From Isurus oxyrinchus (lineage: Eukaryota), in NCBI GenBank assembly GCA_026770705.1, contig JANJGN010000004.1:158782001-158846000 (forward strand): 64,000 bases of DNA. The letters are read 5' to 3'. Under the pieces are notes generated by a model that saw only the letters and a program-made list of their open reading frames with translations, did no database searches and was not told the origin of the DNA. The translations under genes and the position numbers were made by a program. Within the stretch, counting starts at the first letter, position 1. Each line of letters begins with the position of its first letter. Shown here piece after piece: positions 38,101-50,029 of this stretch.

Positions 38101-39700
38101 CATACATTAGCAGATTGGTGAACATGCATAGCCACTGTGGCCTTATCTTTAACCATATATAGTTATACCGTCTAAGGTTATATTATCCTTTTCCAAGTTA
38201 TCTCAATGAACTTTGCATCTTTGCTTTCCCAGAACAATGACTTGGGAATGTTATTATAATCAAAGGTAGGATTTGCTCATACACAGCTAAAGCCATTTTG
38301 ATCTACGCATGTTGTTAACCATAATCTTACCTTAACTTCATGTCTTCATTGTGCATTAAACACAATGTAAAACATATCTATATTCTTAAGCACTTAGACT
38401 TCACTTTACTTTGAACCCTCCTGTTTATCTGAAAAAAGAATGTATCCAGGAGCATTGATTAAATTAAACCTGGGGCTAGATTTCCTGTTCGAGGCAGGAA
38501 TTGGAAGGTGGGACTGATCTCGGCTCACATTCCCACCTCCATCGCCAGCATATCAGGAGGTGGGATTTCATGGGTTGCGGTCTTACCGACTTTAGAGGTG
38601 GATCTGTGGTCCAATTAGTAGCCAGAAATGGAGGCAGGACACCGGAGAAGGGGCCACATCTGGGCTGAAATGGCAACTATTGCAGTGGCTGCCATCTGTG
38701 TGTGGTGTTAGAAAATTGAGAGGACCTTCATTTTCAGAATGGCCAAGGTAAATGGAGAACTGGGACCCTGGATAAGGGTTGGTTTGCTATTAAAGCTTCA
38801 TTGTTGCTCAGTTGTTATTTTGTTCAAAATTTCACTTTTTTCCATCAAATTGTTTCAGCACTGGCACCCCTGGTCCCGCTGGTCAGCTTCAGGGAGCGCC
38901 TAACAACTGCCGGCCCTCATGAAAGTAAAGTAATCCGTTAACCAACTCCTACGTGACTCAAGATGCCCAATTAATGAGGCGGGCGACATTCCCGCCTGCA
39001 CCCCAATCACCATGCCCACCCCTCGGGAAAGCCATTAGGGTGGGGAATGAAGGCAGCAGACTGGCACGCGAGCCATTGGCACTATTTATATTTTTGCCAT
39101 ATGCCTCTGTCCCATCCCGATTCAGGATAGGAAATCCCCACCCCACCCCCAATGTCACTTCTGTATCACAATTATTTCTATTTGGCCGTGTGCTCCATTG
39201 TACTTTCTTTAAATCTTCCTTTGTATATGAAAATTGAACTCTTCTGAATGAACTGCAGTGATAATTTGCCAAATTAGCTGCAATTTGTTGATACTTTGAT
39301 AACTACACTCTGAAAGCTCACTACATAGAAATCAGATGTGCTCTCAAGATCACTGCTAAGGACTAAAACCAATAGTTTATTCCCTCTAATATTCAACTTA
39401 ATAATCATTGACAGTATCAACATACATCTCTGTCTTCCCACCCTCTAAACATAATTGTTTTTATCAATCCACTTAACAGATAAATAAATGAAATCTCCAA
39501 TTACAGCAACACTGCCCGGTTGTCATTTAATTTGCTCACAGAGATTCCCATCCTCCTGAAGCTATTGCCATGGAGGCACATAGCAGGTGCAAAGGAACAA
39601 CACTGGACCAAATCCTTTGTTTCACTCCATTGAAATATTTTCAACCCCTATCTGTTGGCCAATATCTTCTCTCTCTATTGCAACTATGGCCTCCTTTATA
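35160..39700 (-). mobile_element. Very old CR1-type LINE debris with younger inserts, including a CR1 3' end at ~36300-36648
   Basis: Degenerate RT segment LLFIIFINYLDEGI..FADD near 37420-37490 and QMPFNVDRC near 36230. Confidence 0.5.
36650..37372. mobile_element. MITE with 19-bp TIRs
   Basis: gggccaaatcttgctggag / ctccagcaagattcagccc. Confidence 0.7.
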
Positions 39701-40374
39701 AATGGAGCTGTGCCCGTTGACATGACCTAGCCTTTCAGAATTCTCAATACTCTTTAAACAGAACTTCAGGGCCATCACTAAGAAGCAAATAAGCTTCAGA
39801 GATGCTCCACCATTGACATATGCACTGTAACAATAGCATGGAATTTGTTATAGTGTCTCGTGGTGAACAGAATTATGACTTATCAGATCAGTGAATAAGT
39901 CATTGGTTTAAATGATAAATGTGTGTTAGAAGTGACATGCTGATAAAGAAATACCATTATATGCTCAATGGCATGTGATGGTAGAAACAACACCAAAAGG
40001 TGCTGCCATTTGTGTTTTAAGAAACAGAAAATAGTGTGTAGAGGAGATTGATGAAATGAATTATGTAGCAAGTAATATGTTATCTTCCTGAAAGATGCAA
40101 TATATTATTCATTCATTTTATCGTACAAGTTTATCTTTGTACACACAACTAGCAAAAACACAATAATCAATTCTCACTCATCAGGACTGAGTTTCATTTT
40201 GATTTATAAATGTAACCTACCTTAATGCACATTGCTCTTAAAATTTAAACAGAGTCCCTTTTACAGATTGGCTTTACAATCTGTTTTACTGTTTGTGATT
40301 TTAAATTTCACTCCTGGGGTTGAATGTTACATATGAACATGCAAATTCAAAAATGGACAAAAGAGCTGAATTTC

Positions 40375-41492
40375 GGAGGTTAGGTGAGAGTGACTGGCCT
40401 TGACATCAAGGCAACATTTGACCAAGTGTGACATCAAAGAACCCTAGCAAAACTGGAGTCAATGGGGAAAACTCTCTGCTGGTTGGAATCATACCTAACA
40501 TAAAGGAAAATGGTTGTGGTTGTTGGAGATCAATCATCTCAGTTCCAGGGCATCACTGTAGGAGTTCCTCAGGTTAGTGTCCTAGGCCCAACCACCCTGC
40601 AACTGCTTGATTAATGACCTTCCTTCCATCATAAGATCAGAAGTAGGGATGTTCGCTGATGATGGCACAATGTTCAGCACCATTTGAGACTCCTCAGATA
40701 CTGAAGTAGTCCATGTCCAAATGCAGCAAGACCTGGATGTTGTCCAGGCTTGGGCTGACAAGTGGCAAGTAACATTTGCGCCACACAAGTGCCAGATAAT
40801 GACCATCTCCAATAAGAGAGAATCTAAATATCGCTCTTGACTTTCACTGGCATTACCATTGCTGAAACCCCCACCATCAACATCCTGGGCGTTACCATTG
40901 ACTGGGAAACTGAACTGGACTAGTCATATAAATACTGTGGTTACAAGAGCAGGCCAAAGGCTAGGAATAGAAAGGCTAGGAGTAACTCACCTCCTGACCC
41001 CCAAAGCCTGTTCTCCGTCTACAAAGCACAAGTCAGGAGTGTGATGGAATACTCTCCACTTGCCTGGACGAGTGCAGCTCCAACCAACACTCAAGAAGCT
41101 TGACACCATCCAGGACAAAGCAGCCCACTTGATTGGCACCACATCCACAAACATTTACTTTCTCCACCACCGGCGCACAGTGGCAGCAGTATACGTCATC
41201 TACAAGATGTACTTCAGGAACTTACTAAGCCTCTTTATACAGCACATTCCAAACCCACACCACTACTATCTAGAAGGACAAGGACAGCGGACACATGGGA
41301 GCACCACCACATGCAAACTACCCTCCAAGCCACTCAGCTACCCTCCAAGCCACTCACCATCCTGCTTGGAAATATATTGCCGTTCCTTCACTGTAGCTGC
41401 ATCAAAATCCAGGAACTCCCTCCCTAACAGCGCTGTGGGTGTACATACACCACATGAACTGCAGCAGTTCGAGAAGGCAGCTCACCACCATC
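40375..41492 (+). mobile_element. HER1-like LINE fragment, truncated at both ends
   Basis: LDIKATFD, FADD, and TLKKLDTIQDKAAHLIG. Confidence 0.88.
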
Positions 41493-41699
41493 AAAAATGG
41501 TGGATTTTCATGCCGTATAGTCCTGAACCCACCTCATTATTTATTCACTCCTGCAAAACACGCTGTTTCCATGACAGGCAGGCTCTCATTCGTCCACCCG
41601 CCATCACCCTGCTGTTGCATCATGCCGGCCGCCATCTTTAAAAGGCAGCTGCCAGCAAAATGCTCATTGCCACCAGCTCACCACCACTACCCGGGAGGC

Positions 41700-41942
41700 A
41701 TAGCTAGCAAAGGAAAAAAGACTGAAGCTGCCCCACTTCAACGACGGGTCCCTTGAGTGACTGCTGGATGCCATGCAGCCCCTCTGGGATGCACTCTACC
41801 CCGGCTCTGGCCGCAGGATAGGCAGCAAAGTCACCAACTCGGCTTGGGAGGTGGTGGCAGCGGTGGTAACCTCCAATGCCCTTCAGAAGAGTACAGCCAC
41901 CTAGTCAAACAAAGGATGAATGATCTTCTCTGTTCTGCCAGG
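41700..41942 (+). pseudogene. Harbinger Myb/SANT-like DNA-binding exon, disrupted
   Basis: Reads SKGKK..FNDGSLE*LLDAM..LYPGSGRR..AWEVVAAVVTSNALQKSTAT..KQRMNDLLCSAR followed by a gtaagt donor. Confidence 0.75.
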
Positions 41943-42696
41943 GTAAGTCACTCTTTTCATCACTCCCGACTCACACACTCACAAACCCATCACACATCCA
42001 CAGGGCCCTCACTCACTGCCAGTGAAGGGACATCACCATTCACTCTTTCACACTCACCACTCAAACAGGCCAGGCATACTTATCATCTGGCCCGGCTGGC
42101 ATCCTGATACACTCTCCCCATCTCTATCCATGCAGTACAAACTGGCACACAACAGGAGGGAAAGGTTGGTGGAAAGATAGGTGGAGGGATGCTGGAGATT
42201 AAAGTTCTGACAGAATTCGAAAACAGATCCATCCAGGTGGCCGGCGATGACTGGGACTGTTCCTGTGCTGACGGTGAGGTTGGCGGTGCTCTACCAAGTG
42301 AGGATCCAGCAGTGCAACATTCATCAGACAACCATGCTGTGAGTGATGTGTACTCTTGCACAGGCCACTACCATGCACTAAGTATGTCCTCTTGCTTTTA
42401 CTGGCACATCTGCTAAACAGCTGATAGAGTCCATTACCCAGGGTCTCCAATCAAGCCCTGAGGAAACCCAATGGCCTGAGGATGAATTTGGAGGCACCCT
42501 CCTTGAAGTCCCGTCACAGCACTCACTGCCACACAGCAGGACCCCAAAAGAAGGTCGGGGCCCTCCAGGTCTCGGACCCCCAAAGGACACCAGTCACAGT
42601 CATCACTGACAGGGCGTCACTGTCAGCAGTCTGCCTCCACCTCTGCTGTGGATGTTCGGGGAGCACCAAGGCGCAGCAGCAGGGCTAGGACAGTGA

Positions 42697-44328
42697 GGTA
42701 AAAGTAACTCTTTCTGAGTAAAACAATTAAACTAAATTAGCAAAATAAGGGATAAAATAAACACAGCCCCTAAATCAGGTCAGCTGTAAAACCAAGGACA
42801 AAGTTTAAAGGAAAGTTACAAACATCAAACCAAAATGTGATTAAAGAGATCGATTAAACACCCCAGTCCCCGTGGTGCCCACCGAGCATGGAAAGCCTCG
42901 AGTGTGCCGGCAGACACCGCGTGCTCCCTCTCCAGGGACACCCGGCCGTGAATGTAGCTGTGGAAGAGGGACAAAGAATCAGGCGGGACACCCCCCCTCG
43001 ATCGCCCGCTGCCTGGACCTGTTAATGGCCAACTTGGCCAGGCCCAGGAGCAGGTTCACAAGGAGGTCCTCCTCCTTCCCGAACCCCTTCCGCATCGGGT
43101 GTCCATAGATCAGGAGTGTGGGACTGAAGTGCAAACAAAACATTAATAAAAGGTTTTTTAAAAAACTGAAAAGGGAGTGCAGCCTACCACACCCTATATA
43201 AGCATGGTCCACGGACTCCACAAGACCACAAAAAGGGCAGGTGTCCTGGGCGTCCGTGAACCTATGCATTCTCCTATTATAGGGGACTGCTGCATGCAAC
43301 ACCCTCCAACCCAGGTCCCCGATAGAAAGGGGGAGGACACCTCCGTAGAGGGCCTCCCATCGGGGGCCTCCACCGCCAGATGGCAACAAGGCACACCAGG
43401 GCGTGTCCAAGCGGCGGACAAGGGCGACAAAATGAAAGGTGTGCAGCAGCAGTCCGTACAAAAAGCTCCTTCGTGACGTGCCAAATGGCACAGAGGGCAT
43501 GTCCCCGAGGCGGCTCATATTGCGGAGCACCAGCACCTGAGGGAGGGTTCGGGGCTTGGGGCCAATGTGTAATTCCGTCCAAACAGGGGAACGCTCAGCA
43601 GGAAGACCACCGCACACCTGGGCCACCTCGAGATCTAAAATTACTTCAGGTCCGAGCACGACCGCCCTCAGGTCTTGGATGGCATCGGCTGCAAGCTGGA
43701 CACTCACAGACGCATAACGTGCCAACTCCTGCGGGAGCATCCAGCCCAGTCCTCCGCCACCCAGCATGTCCCCGATCCTGGTCACCCTGGCAGCCACAGC
43801 CCTCCTCTCCGCCAACCACTGAAAAGGACGGAGGGGTGGATTCCTGAGCAGCGGCTCTCTAATGATAGTCGCTACTCCTGACGGGGGAGAGTTGCGTCGC
43901 GAGGCAACCTTGTTCCAAACTTTGATCAGGTCCTGGTAAAAGATGGGCAATGCCTGCAAGGACCCACTGAGGCCCCTCTGCTCTATAAACAGGAGCTGCA
44001 CCTCATAATTCAGGCTGTGCACCTGACGGAAGAAATACGTCGCCAGGGCACACCATCTCGGAGGAGGCTCAACGTAAAGGTATCGCTGCAGGGTCTGAAG
44101 GCGGAAAGTCGCCACCTGTGTGCGTAGGCACACTAACGCCTGACCACCCTCCCTAAGCGGGAGACTCAGAACCTCAGCAGTGACCCAGTGCAATCTTTTG
44201 TCCCAGAAGTCGTCGACTAACATTCTCTGGATTTTTGTGACAAAGTCCGGGGGAGGGATCAAAGTGACCAGCCTGTACCACAACATGGAGGCGATCAGCT
44301 GGTTTATGACTAGAACTCGACCCCGGTA
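42697..44328 (-). mobile_element. Tx1/L1-clade 3' fragment, array unit 1 (type A)
   Basis: YRGRVLVINQL...LSLPLREGG...CPFCGLVESVDHAYIGC (CCHC finger), followed by a 3' UTR. Confidence 0.9.
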
Positions 44329-45932
44329 GGTAAATGTAAATCTTTTAGAATTAAAATAATTAACAAAATGAGGGATAAATTAAGCACAGCTTTAAAACCA
44401 AGGACAAAGTTTAAAGGAAACTAATAAACATTAAACCAAAATGTGATCAAAGGGGTCAATAAAACTCCCCAGTCCCTACGGTGCCCACCGAGCATGGAAG
44501 GCCTCGAGAGTGCCGGCAGACACCACGTGCTCCCTCTCCAGGGACACCCGGCCGCGATCGTAGCCGCGGAAGAAGGACAAACAATCGGGCGGGACTCCCC
44601 CATCGATCGTCCACTGCCTGGACCTGTTAATGGCCAACTTGGCCAGGCCCAGGAGCAGGTTCATGAGGAGGTCCTCCTCCTTCCCAACCCCCTTCTGCAC
44701 CGGGTGTCCATAAATTAGGAGCGTGGGACTGAAGTGCAAACAAAACAGTAACAAAAGGTTTTGAAATAACTGAAAAGGGAGTGCAGCCTACCACACCCTA
44801 TATAAGCACGGTCCATGAACTCCACAAGACCACAAAAAGGGCAGGTGTCCTGGGAGTCCGTGAACCTACACATTCTACGATTATAGGGGACTGCTGCATG
44901 CAACACCCTCCAACCCAGGTCCCCGATTGAAAGGGGGAGGACACCTCCGTAGAGGGCCTCCCATCGGGGGCCTCCACCGCCAGACGGCAACAAGGCATGC
45001 CAGGGCGTGTCCGGGCGGTGGACAAGGGCGACAAAATGAAAGGTGTGCAGCAGCAGTCCGTATAGAAAGCTCCTCCACGCCGTGCCAAATGGCACGGAGG
45101 GCATGTCCCCGCGGCAGCTCATATTGCGGGGCACCGGCACCCGAGGGAGGGTTCGGGGCTTGGGGCCAATGTGGAATTCCGTCCGAACAGGGGAACGTTC
45201 GGCAGGAAGACCACAGCGCACCTGGGCCACATTGAGAACTAAAATTACTTCGGGTCCGAGCACGACCGTCCTTACGTCTTGGATGGTATCGGCGGCGAGC
45301 TGCACACCCACAGACACACGACGCGCCAACCCCTGCGGGAGCATCCAGCCCAGTCCTCCACCACCCAGCACGTCCCCGATCCTGGTCACCCTGGCAGCCA
45401 CAGCCCTCCTCTCCGCCAACCACTGAAAAGGACGGAGGGGCGGATTCCTGAGCAGTGGCTCTCTGATGATAGTCGCTACTCTTGACGGGGGAGAGCTGCA
45501 TTGCGAGGCGACTATGTTCCAGTCTTTGATCAGGTCCTGGTAAAAGACGGGCAATGCCTGTAAGGAGCCACCGAGGCCCCTCTGCTCTATAAACAGGAGC
45601 TGCACGTCATAATTCAGGCCGTGCATCTGATGGAAGAAATACATCATCAGGGCACACCATCTAGGAGGAGGCTCAATGTAAAGGTATCGCTGCAGGGTCT
45701 GAAGGCGGAAAGCCGCCACCTGGGTGTGAAGGCACACCAGCGCCTGACCACCCTCCCTAAGCGGGAGACTCAGAACCTCAGCAGTGACCCAGTGCAATCT
45801 TTTGTCCAAGAAGAAGTCGACTAACATTCTCTGGATTTTTGTGACAAAGTCTGGGGGAGTGATCAAAGTGACCAGCCTGTACCACAACATGGAGGCAATC
45901 AGATGGTTTATGACCAGAACTTGACCCCGGTA
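44329..45932 (-). mobile_element. Tx1/L1-clade 3' fragment, array unit 2 (type B)
   Basis: Same content and same truncation point as unit 1. Confidence 0.9.
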
Positions 45933-47563
45933 AGTAAAAGTAACTCTTTTAGAGTTAACATAATTAAACTAAATTAACAAAATAAGGGATAAATCAAGCA
46001 CAGCTCCTAAGTCAGGTCAGCTGTAAAACCAAGGACAAAGTTTAAAGGAAACTTATAAACGTTAAACCAAAATGTGATCAAAGGGGTCAATAAAACACCC
46101 CAATCCCCGCGGTGCCCACCGAGCACGGAAGGCCTTGAGAGTGCTGGCAGACACCGCGTGCTCCCTCTACAAGGGCACCTGGCTGCGAATGTAGCCGCGG
46201 AAGACAGACAAACAATTGGGCAGGACTCTCCACTCGATTGCCTGCTGTCTGGATCTGTTAATGGCCAACTTGGCCAGGCCCAGGAGCAGGTTCACGAGGA
46301 GGTTCTCCTCCTTCCCGACCCCCTTCCGCACCGGGTGCCCATAGATCAGGAGCATGGGGCTGAAGTGCAAACAAAACATTAATAAAGGGTTTTATAAATA
46401 ACTAAAAAGGGAGTGCAGCCTACTACACCCTATATAAGCATGCTTCACAGACTCCACAAGACCACAAAAAGGGCAGGTGTCCTGGGAGCCCGCGAACTTA
46501 CACATTCTCCTATTATAGGGGCCTGCTGCATGCAACACCCTCCAACCCAGGTCCCTGATAGAAAGGGGGAGGACACCTCCGTAGAGGGCCTCCCATCGGG
46601 GGCCTCCGCCGCTGGACGGCAACAAGGCACGCCAGGGCGCGTCCGGGCGGCGGACAAGGGCGAGAACATGGAAGGTGTGCAGCAGCAGTCCGTACAGAAA
46701 GCTCCTCTGCACCGTGCCAAATGGCATGAAGGGCATGTGCCGGAGGCTGCTCATATTGCGGGGCACCAGCATCCGAGGGAGGGTTCGGGGCTTGGGGCCA
46801 ATGTGGAATTCTGTCCGAACAGGGGAACGCTCAGACGGAAGACCACTGTGCACCTGGGCCACCTCGAGACCTAAAATTACTTCGGGTCTGAGCACGACCG
46901 CCCTTAGGTCTTGGATGGCATCGGCTGCAAGCTGGACACTCACAGACGCATGACGCGCCAACTCCTGCAGGAGTATCCAGCCCAGTTCTCCACCATCCAG
47001 CCCGTCCCCGATCATGGTCACCCCTGCAGCCACAGCCCTCCTCTCCGCCAACCACTGAAAAGGATGGAGGGGCGGATTCCTGAGCAGCGGCTCTCTGACG
47101 ATAGCCGCTACTCCTGACGGGGGAGAGCTGCTTCGCGAGGCGACCATGTTCCAGACTTTGATCAGGTCCTGGTAAAAGATGGGCAACGTCGGCAAGGAGC
47201 CACCGAGGCCCCTCTGCTCTATAAACAGGAGCTGCACGTCATAATTCAGGCCGTGCACCTGACGGAAGAAATACGTTGCCAGGGCACACCATCTCGGAGG
47301 AGGCTCGACGTAAAGGTATTGCTGCAGGGTCTGAGGGCGGAAAGTCGCCACCTGTGTGCGTAGGCACACTAGCGCCTGACTGCCCGCCCTAAGCGGGAGA
47401 CTCAGAACCTCAGCAGCGACCCAGTGCAATCTTTTGTCCCGGAAGAAGTCGACTAACATTCCCTGGATTTTTGTGACAAAGTCCGGGGGAGGGATCAAAG
47501 TGACCAGCCGGTACCACAACATGGGGGCGATCAGCTGGTTTTGACCAGAACGTGACCTTGGTA
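45933..47563 (-). mobile_element. Tx1/L1-clade 3' fragment, array unit 3 (type A)
   Basis: Same content and same truncation point as unit 1. Confidence 0.9.
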
Positions 47564-49183
47564 GGTAAAAGTAAATCTTTCAGAATTAAAATAATTAACA
47601 AAATGAGGGATAAATTAAGCACAGCCCCTAAGTCAGGTCAGCTGTAAAACCAAGGACAAAGTTTAAAGGAAACTTATAAACATTAAACGAAAATGTGATC
47701 AAAGGGGTCAATAAAACACCCCAGTCTCCAAGGTGCCCACCGAGCATGGAAGGCCTCGAGAGTGCTGGCAGACACCGCGTGCTTCCTCTCCAGGGACACC
47801 CGGCCGCGAACGTAGCCGCGGAAGAGGGACAAACAATCGTGCAGGATTCCCCCCTCGATCGTCCGCTGCCTGGACCTGTTAATGGCCAACTTGGCCAGGC
47901 CCAGGAGCAGGTTCATGAGGAGGTCCTCCTCCTTCCCGAACCCCTTCTGCACCGGGTGTCCATAGATCAGGACCGTGGGACTGAAGTGCAAACAAAACAT
48001 TAATAACAGGTTTTTGAAAAAACTGAAAAGGGAGTGCAGCCTACCACACCCTATATAAGCATGGTCCACGGACTCGACAAGACCACAAAAAGGGCAGGTG
48101 TCCTGGGAGTCCGTGAACCTGTGCATTCTACGATTATAGGGGACTGCTGCATGCAACACCCTCCAACGCAGGTCCCCGATAAAAAGGGGGAGGACACCTC
48201 TGTAGAGGGCCTCCCATCAGGGGCCTCCGCCGCCAGATGGCAACAAGGCACACCAGGGCGTGTCCGGGCGGCGGACAAGAGCGAGAAAATGGAAGGTGTG
48301 CAGCAGCAGTCCATACAAAAACCTCCTCCGCGCCATGCCAAATGGCACTGAGGGCATGTCCCCAAGGCGGCTCATATTGCGGGGCACCAGCACCCGAGGG
48401 AGGGTTCGGGGCTTGGGGCCAATGTGGAATTCTGTCCGAACAGGGGAACGCTCAGACGGAAGACCACCGCGCACCTGGGCCACTCAAGACCTAAAATAAC
48501 ATCGGGTCCGAGCACGACCATTCTCAGGTCTTGGATGGCATCGGCTGCGACCTGGACACTTTCAGACGCACGACGCGCCAACTCCTGTGGGAGCATCCAG
48601 CCCAGTCCTCCGCCACCCAGCACGTCCCCGATCCTGGTCACCCCGGCAGCCACAGCCCTCCTCTCTGCCAACTACTGAAAAGGACGGAGGGGCAGATTCC
48701 TGAGCAGCGGCTCTCTAATGATAGCCGCTACGCCTGACGGGGGAGAGCTGCGTCGCGAGGCGACCATGTTCCAGACTTTGATCAGGTCCTGGTAAAAGAC
48801 GGGCAACGCCTGCAAGGAGCCACCGAGGCCCCTCTGCTCCATAAACGGGAGCTGCATGTCATAATTCAGGCCGTGCACCTGACGGAAGAAATACGTCATC
48901 AGGGCACACCATCTCGGAGGAGGCTCGACATAAAGGTATCGCTGCAGGGTCTGAAGGCGGAAAGTCGCCACCTGTGTGCGTAGGCACACTAGCGCCTGAC
49001 CGCCCTCCCTAAGCGGGAGACTCAGAACCTCAGCAGCGACCCAGTGCAATCTTCTGTCCCAGAAGAAGTCGACTAACATTCTCTGGATTTTTGTGACAAA
49101 GTCCGGGGGAGGGGTCAAAGTGACCAGCCGATACCACAACATGGCGGCGATCAGCTGGTTTATGACAGAACTCGACCCCGGTT
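47564..49183 (-). mobile_element. Tx1/L1-clade 3' fragment, array unit 4 (type B)
   Basis: Same content and truncation point; carries an internal stop and a frameshift. Confidence 0.9.
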
Positions 49184-49330
49184 GGTAAACGTAACTCTTA
49201 TGAGTTAAAACCAATCAAACTAAATTAACAAAATTAGGATGAATCAGGCACAGCCCCTAATTTAGGTCAGCTGTAAAACCAAGAACAAAGTTTAAAGGAA
49301 ACTTACAACTTTAAACCAAAATGTGATAAA
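49184..49330 (-). mobile_element. Tx1 3' UTR stub, array unit 5 (type A-like)
   Basis: Only the 3' UTR and the last few ORF2 codons; Harbinger sequence resumes at cgtagttacacagcctgggc. Confidence 0.88.
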
Positions 49331-50029
49331 CGTAGTTACACAGCCTGGGCATAGATGTTAATCACTTGTACATACTGTTCACTATTGTCAATAAACTCCC
49401 AAGAATGTCACCCTGCCTGTGGCTCCTTGTTCTGATGAGCAGTGCTCTTGTCACTCAGATGTGAAAGCTTTCTGCACAAGATAAAAGGCAGGTGTTTCAG
49501 TCCAGGGCCCTTCCCTGTGCCCTGTGCAGCCTTCAGACCACAGTGATGGTCCAGCCTCACACTCCATGGAAACATTACTGATGCCTGCACCTTGGCGATG
49601 CTGCTCATTGTTGCCAGAATGTAGTGAGCAGGTGCCACAGAGTTCTCCCATTCTCTCGTACTGCTCTCAGCACCTTTAAGGTGGGGCTGGCCCCCACCAC
49701 ACCAGCATCTTGAAGGACTGAGGTGCTGAAGGCGAACACCGCATCAGAAGCATCTAAAGTTTCATGGCTCTGCCTCTGAGATGGCCTTGATCACAAGCGT
49801 AAGCGAGCTGCCCTCGGCCAGACAGGAGCCAGACATTCTCAGAGGCCACGTGAAGATCAATGGAATGTCCTCACTGCATGACGTCATCATCCTCCTGCAA
49901 CCAAGCGACTATTAGGGCCTCCACTGCATTTCCAGGACAGGAGCATTCTCACAGAGAGTATTTGCACTGCCATAAGCAAGACTGGAGTCAAACATTCACT
50001 ACTGCGATGTGAGGATCTATGGGGACACC

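Noticed and set aside
42979-49214. Tandem family of host protein-coding genes
   Set aside because: The sequence is L1/Tx1 ORF2 C-terminus with a retroelement 3' UTR, and every copy is disrupted.
42697-49335. Tx1 array as a spliceable intron of the Myb transcript (GTAAGT/GTAGGT at unit junctions, TAG at the right end)
   Set aside because: There is no polypyrimidine tract before the AG. The donor-like and U1-complementary look arises from the Tyr codon joined to the UTR end.
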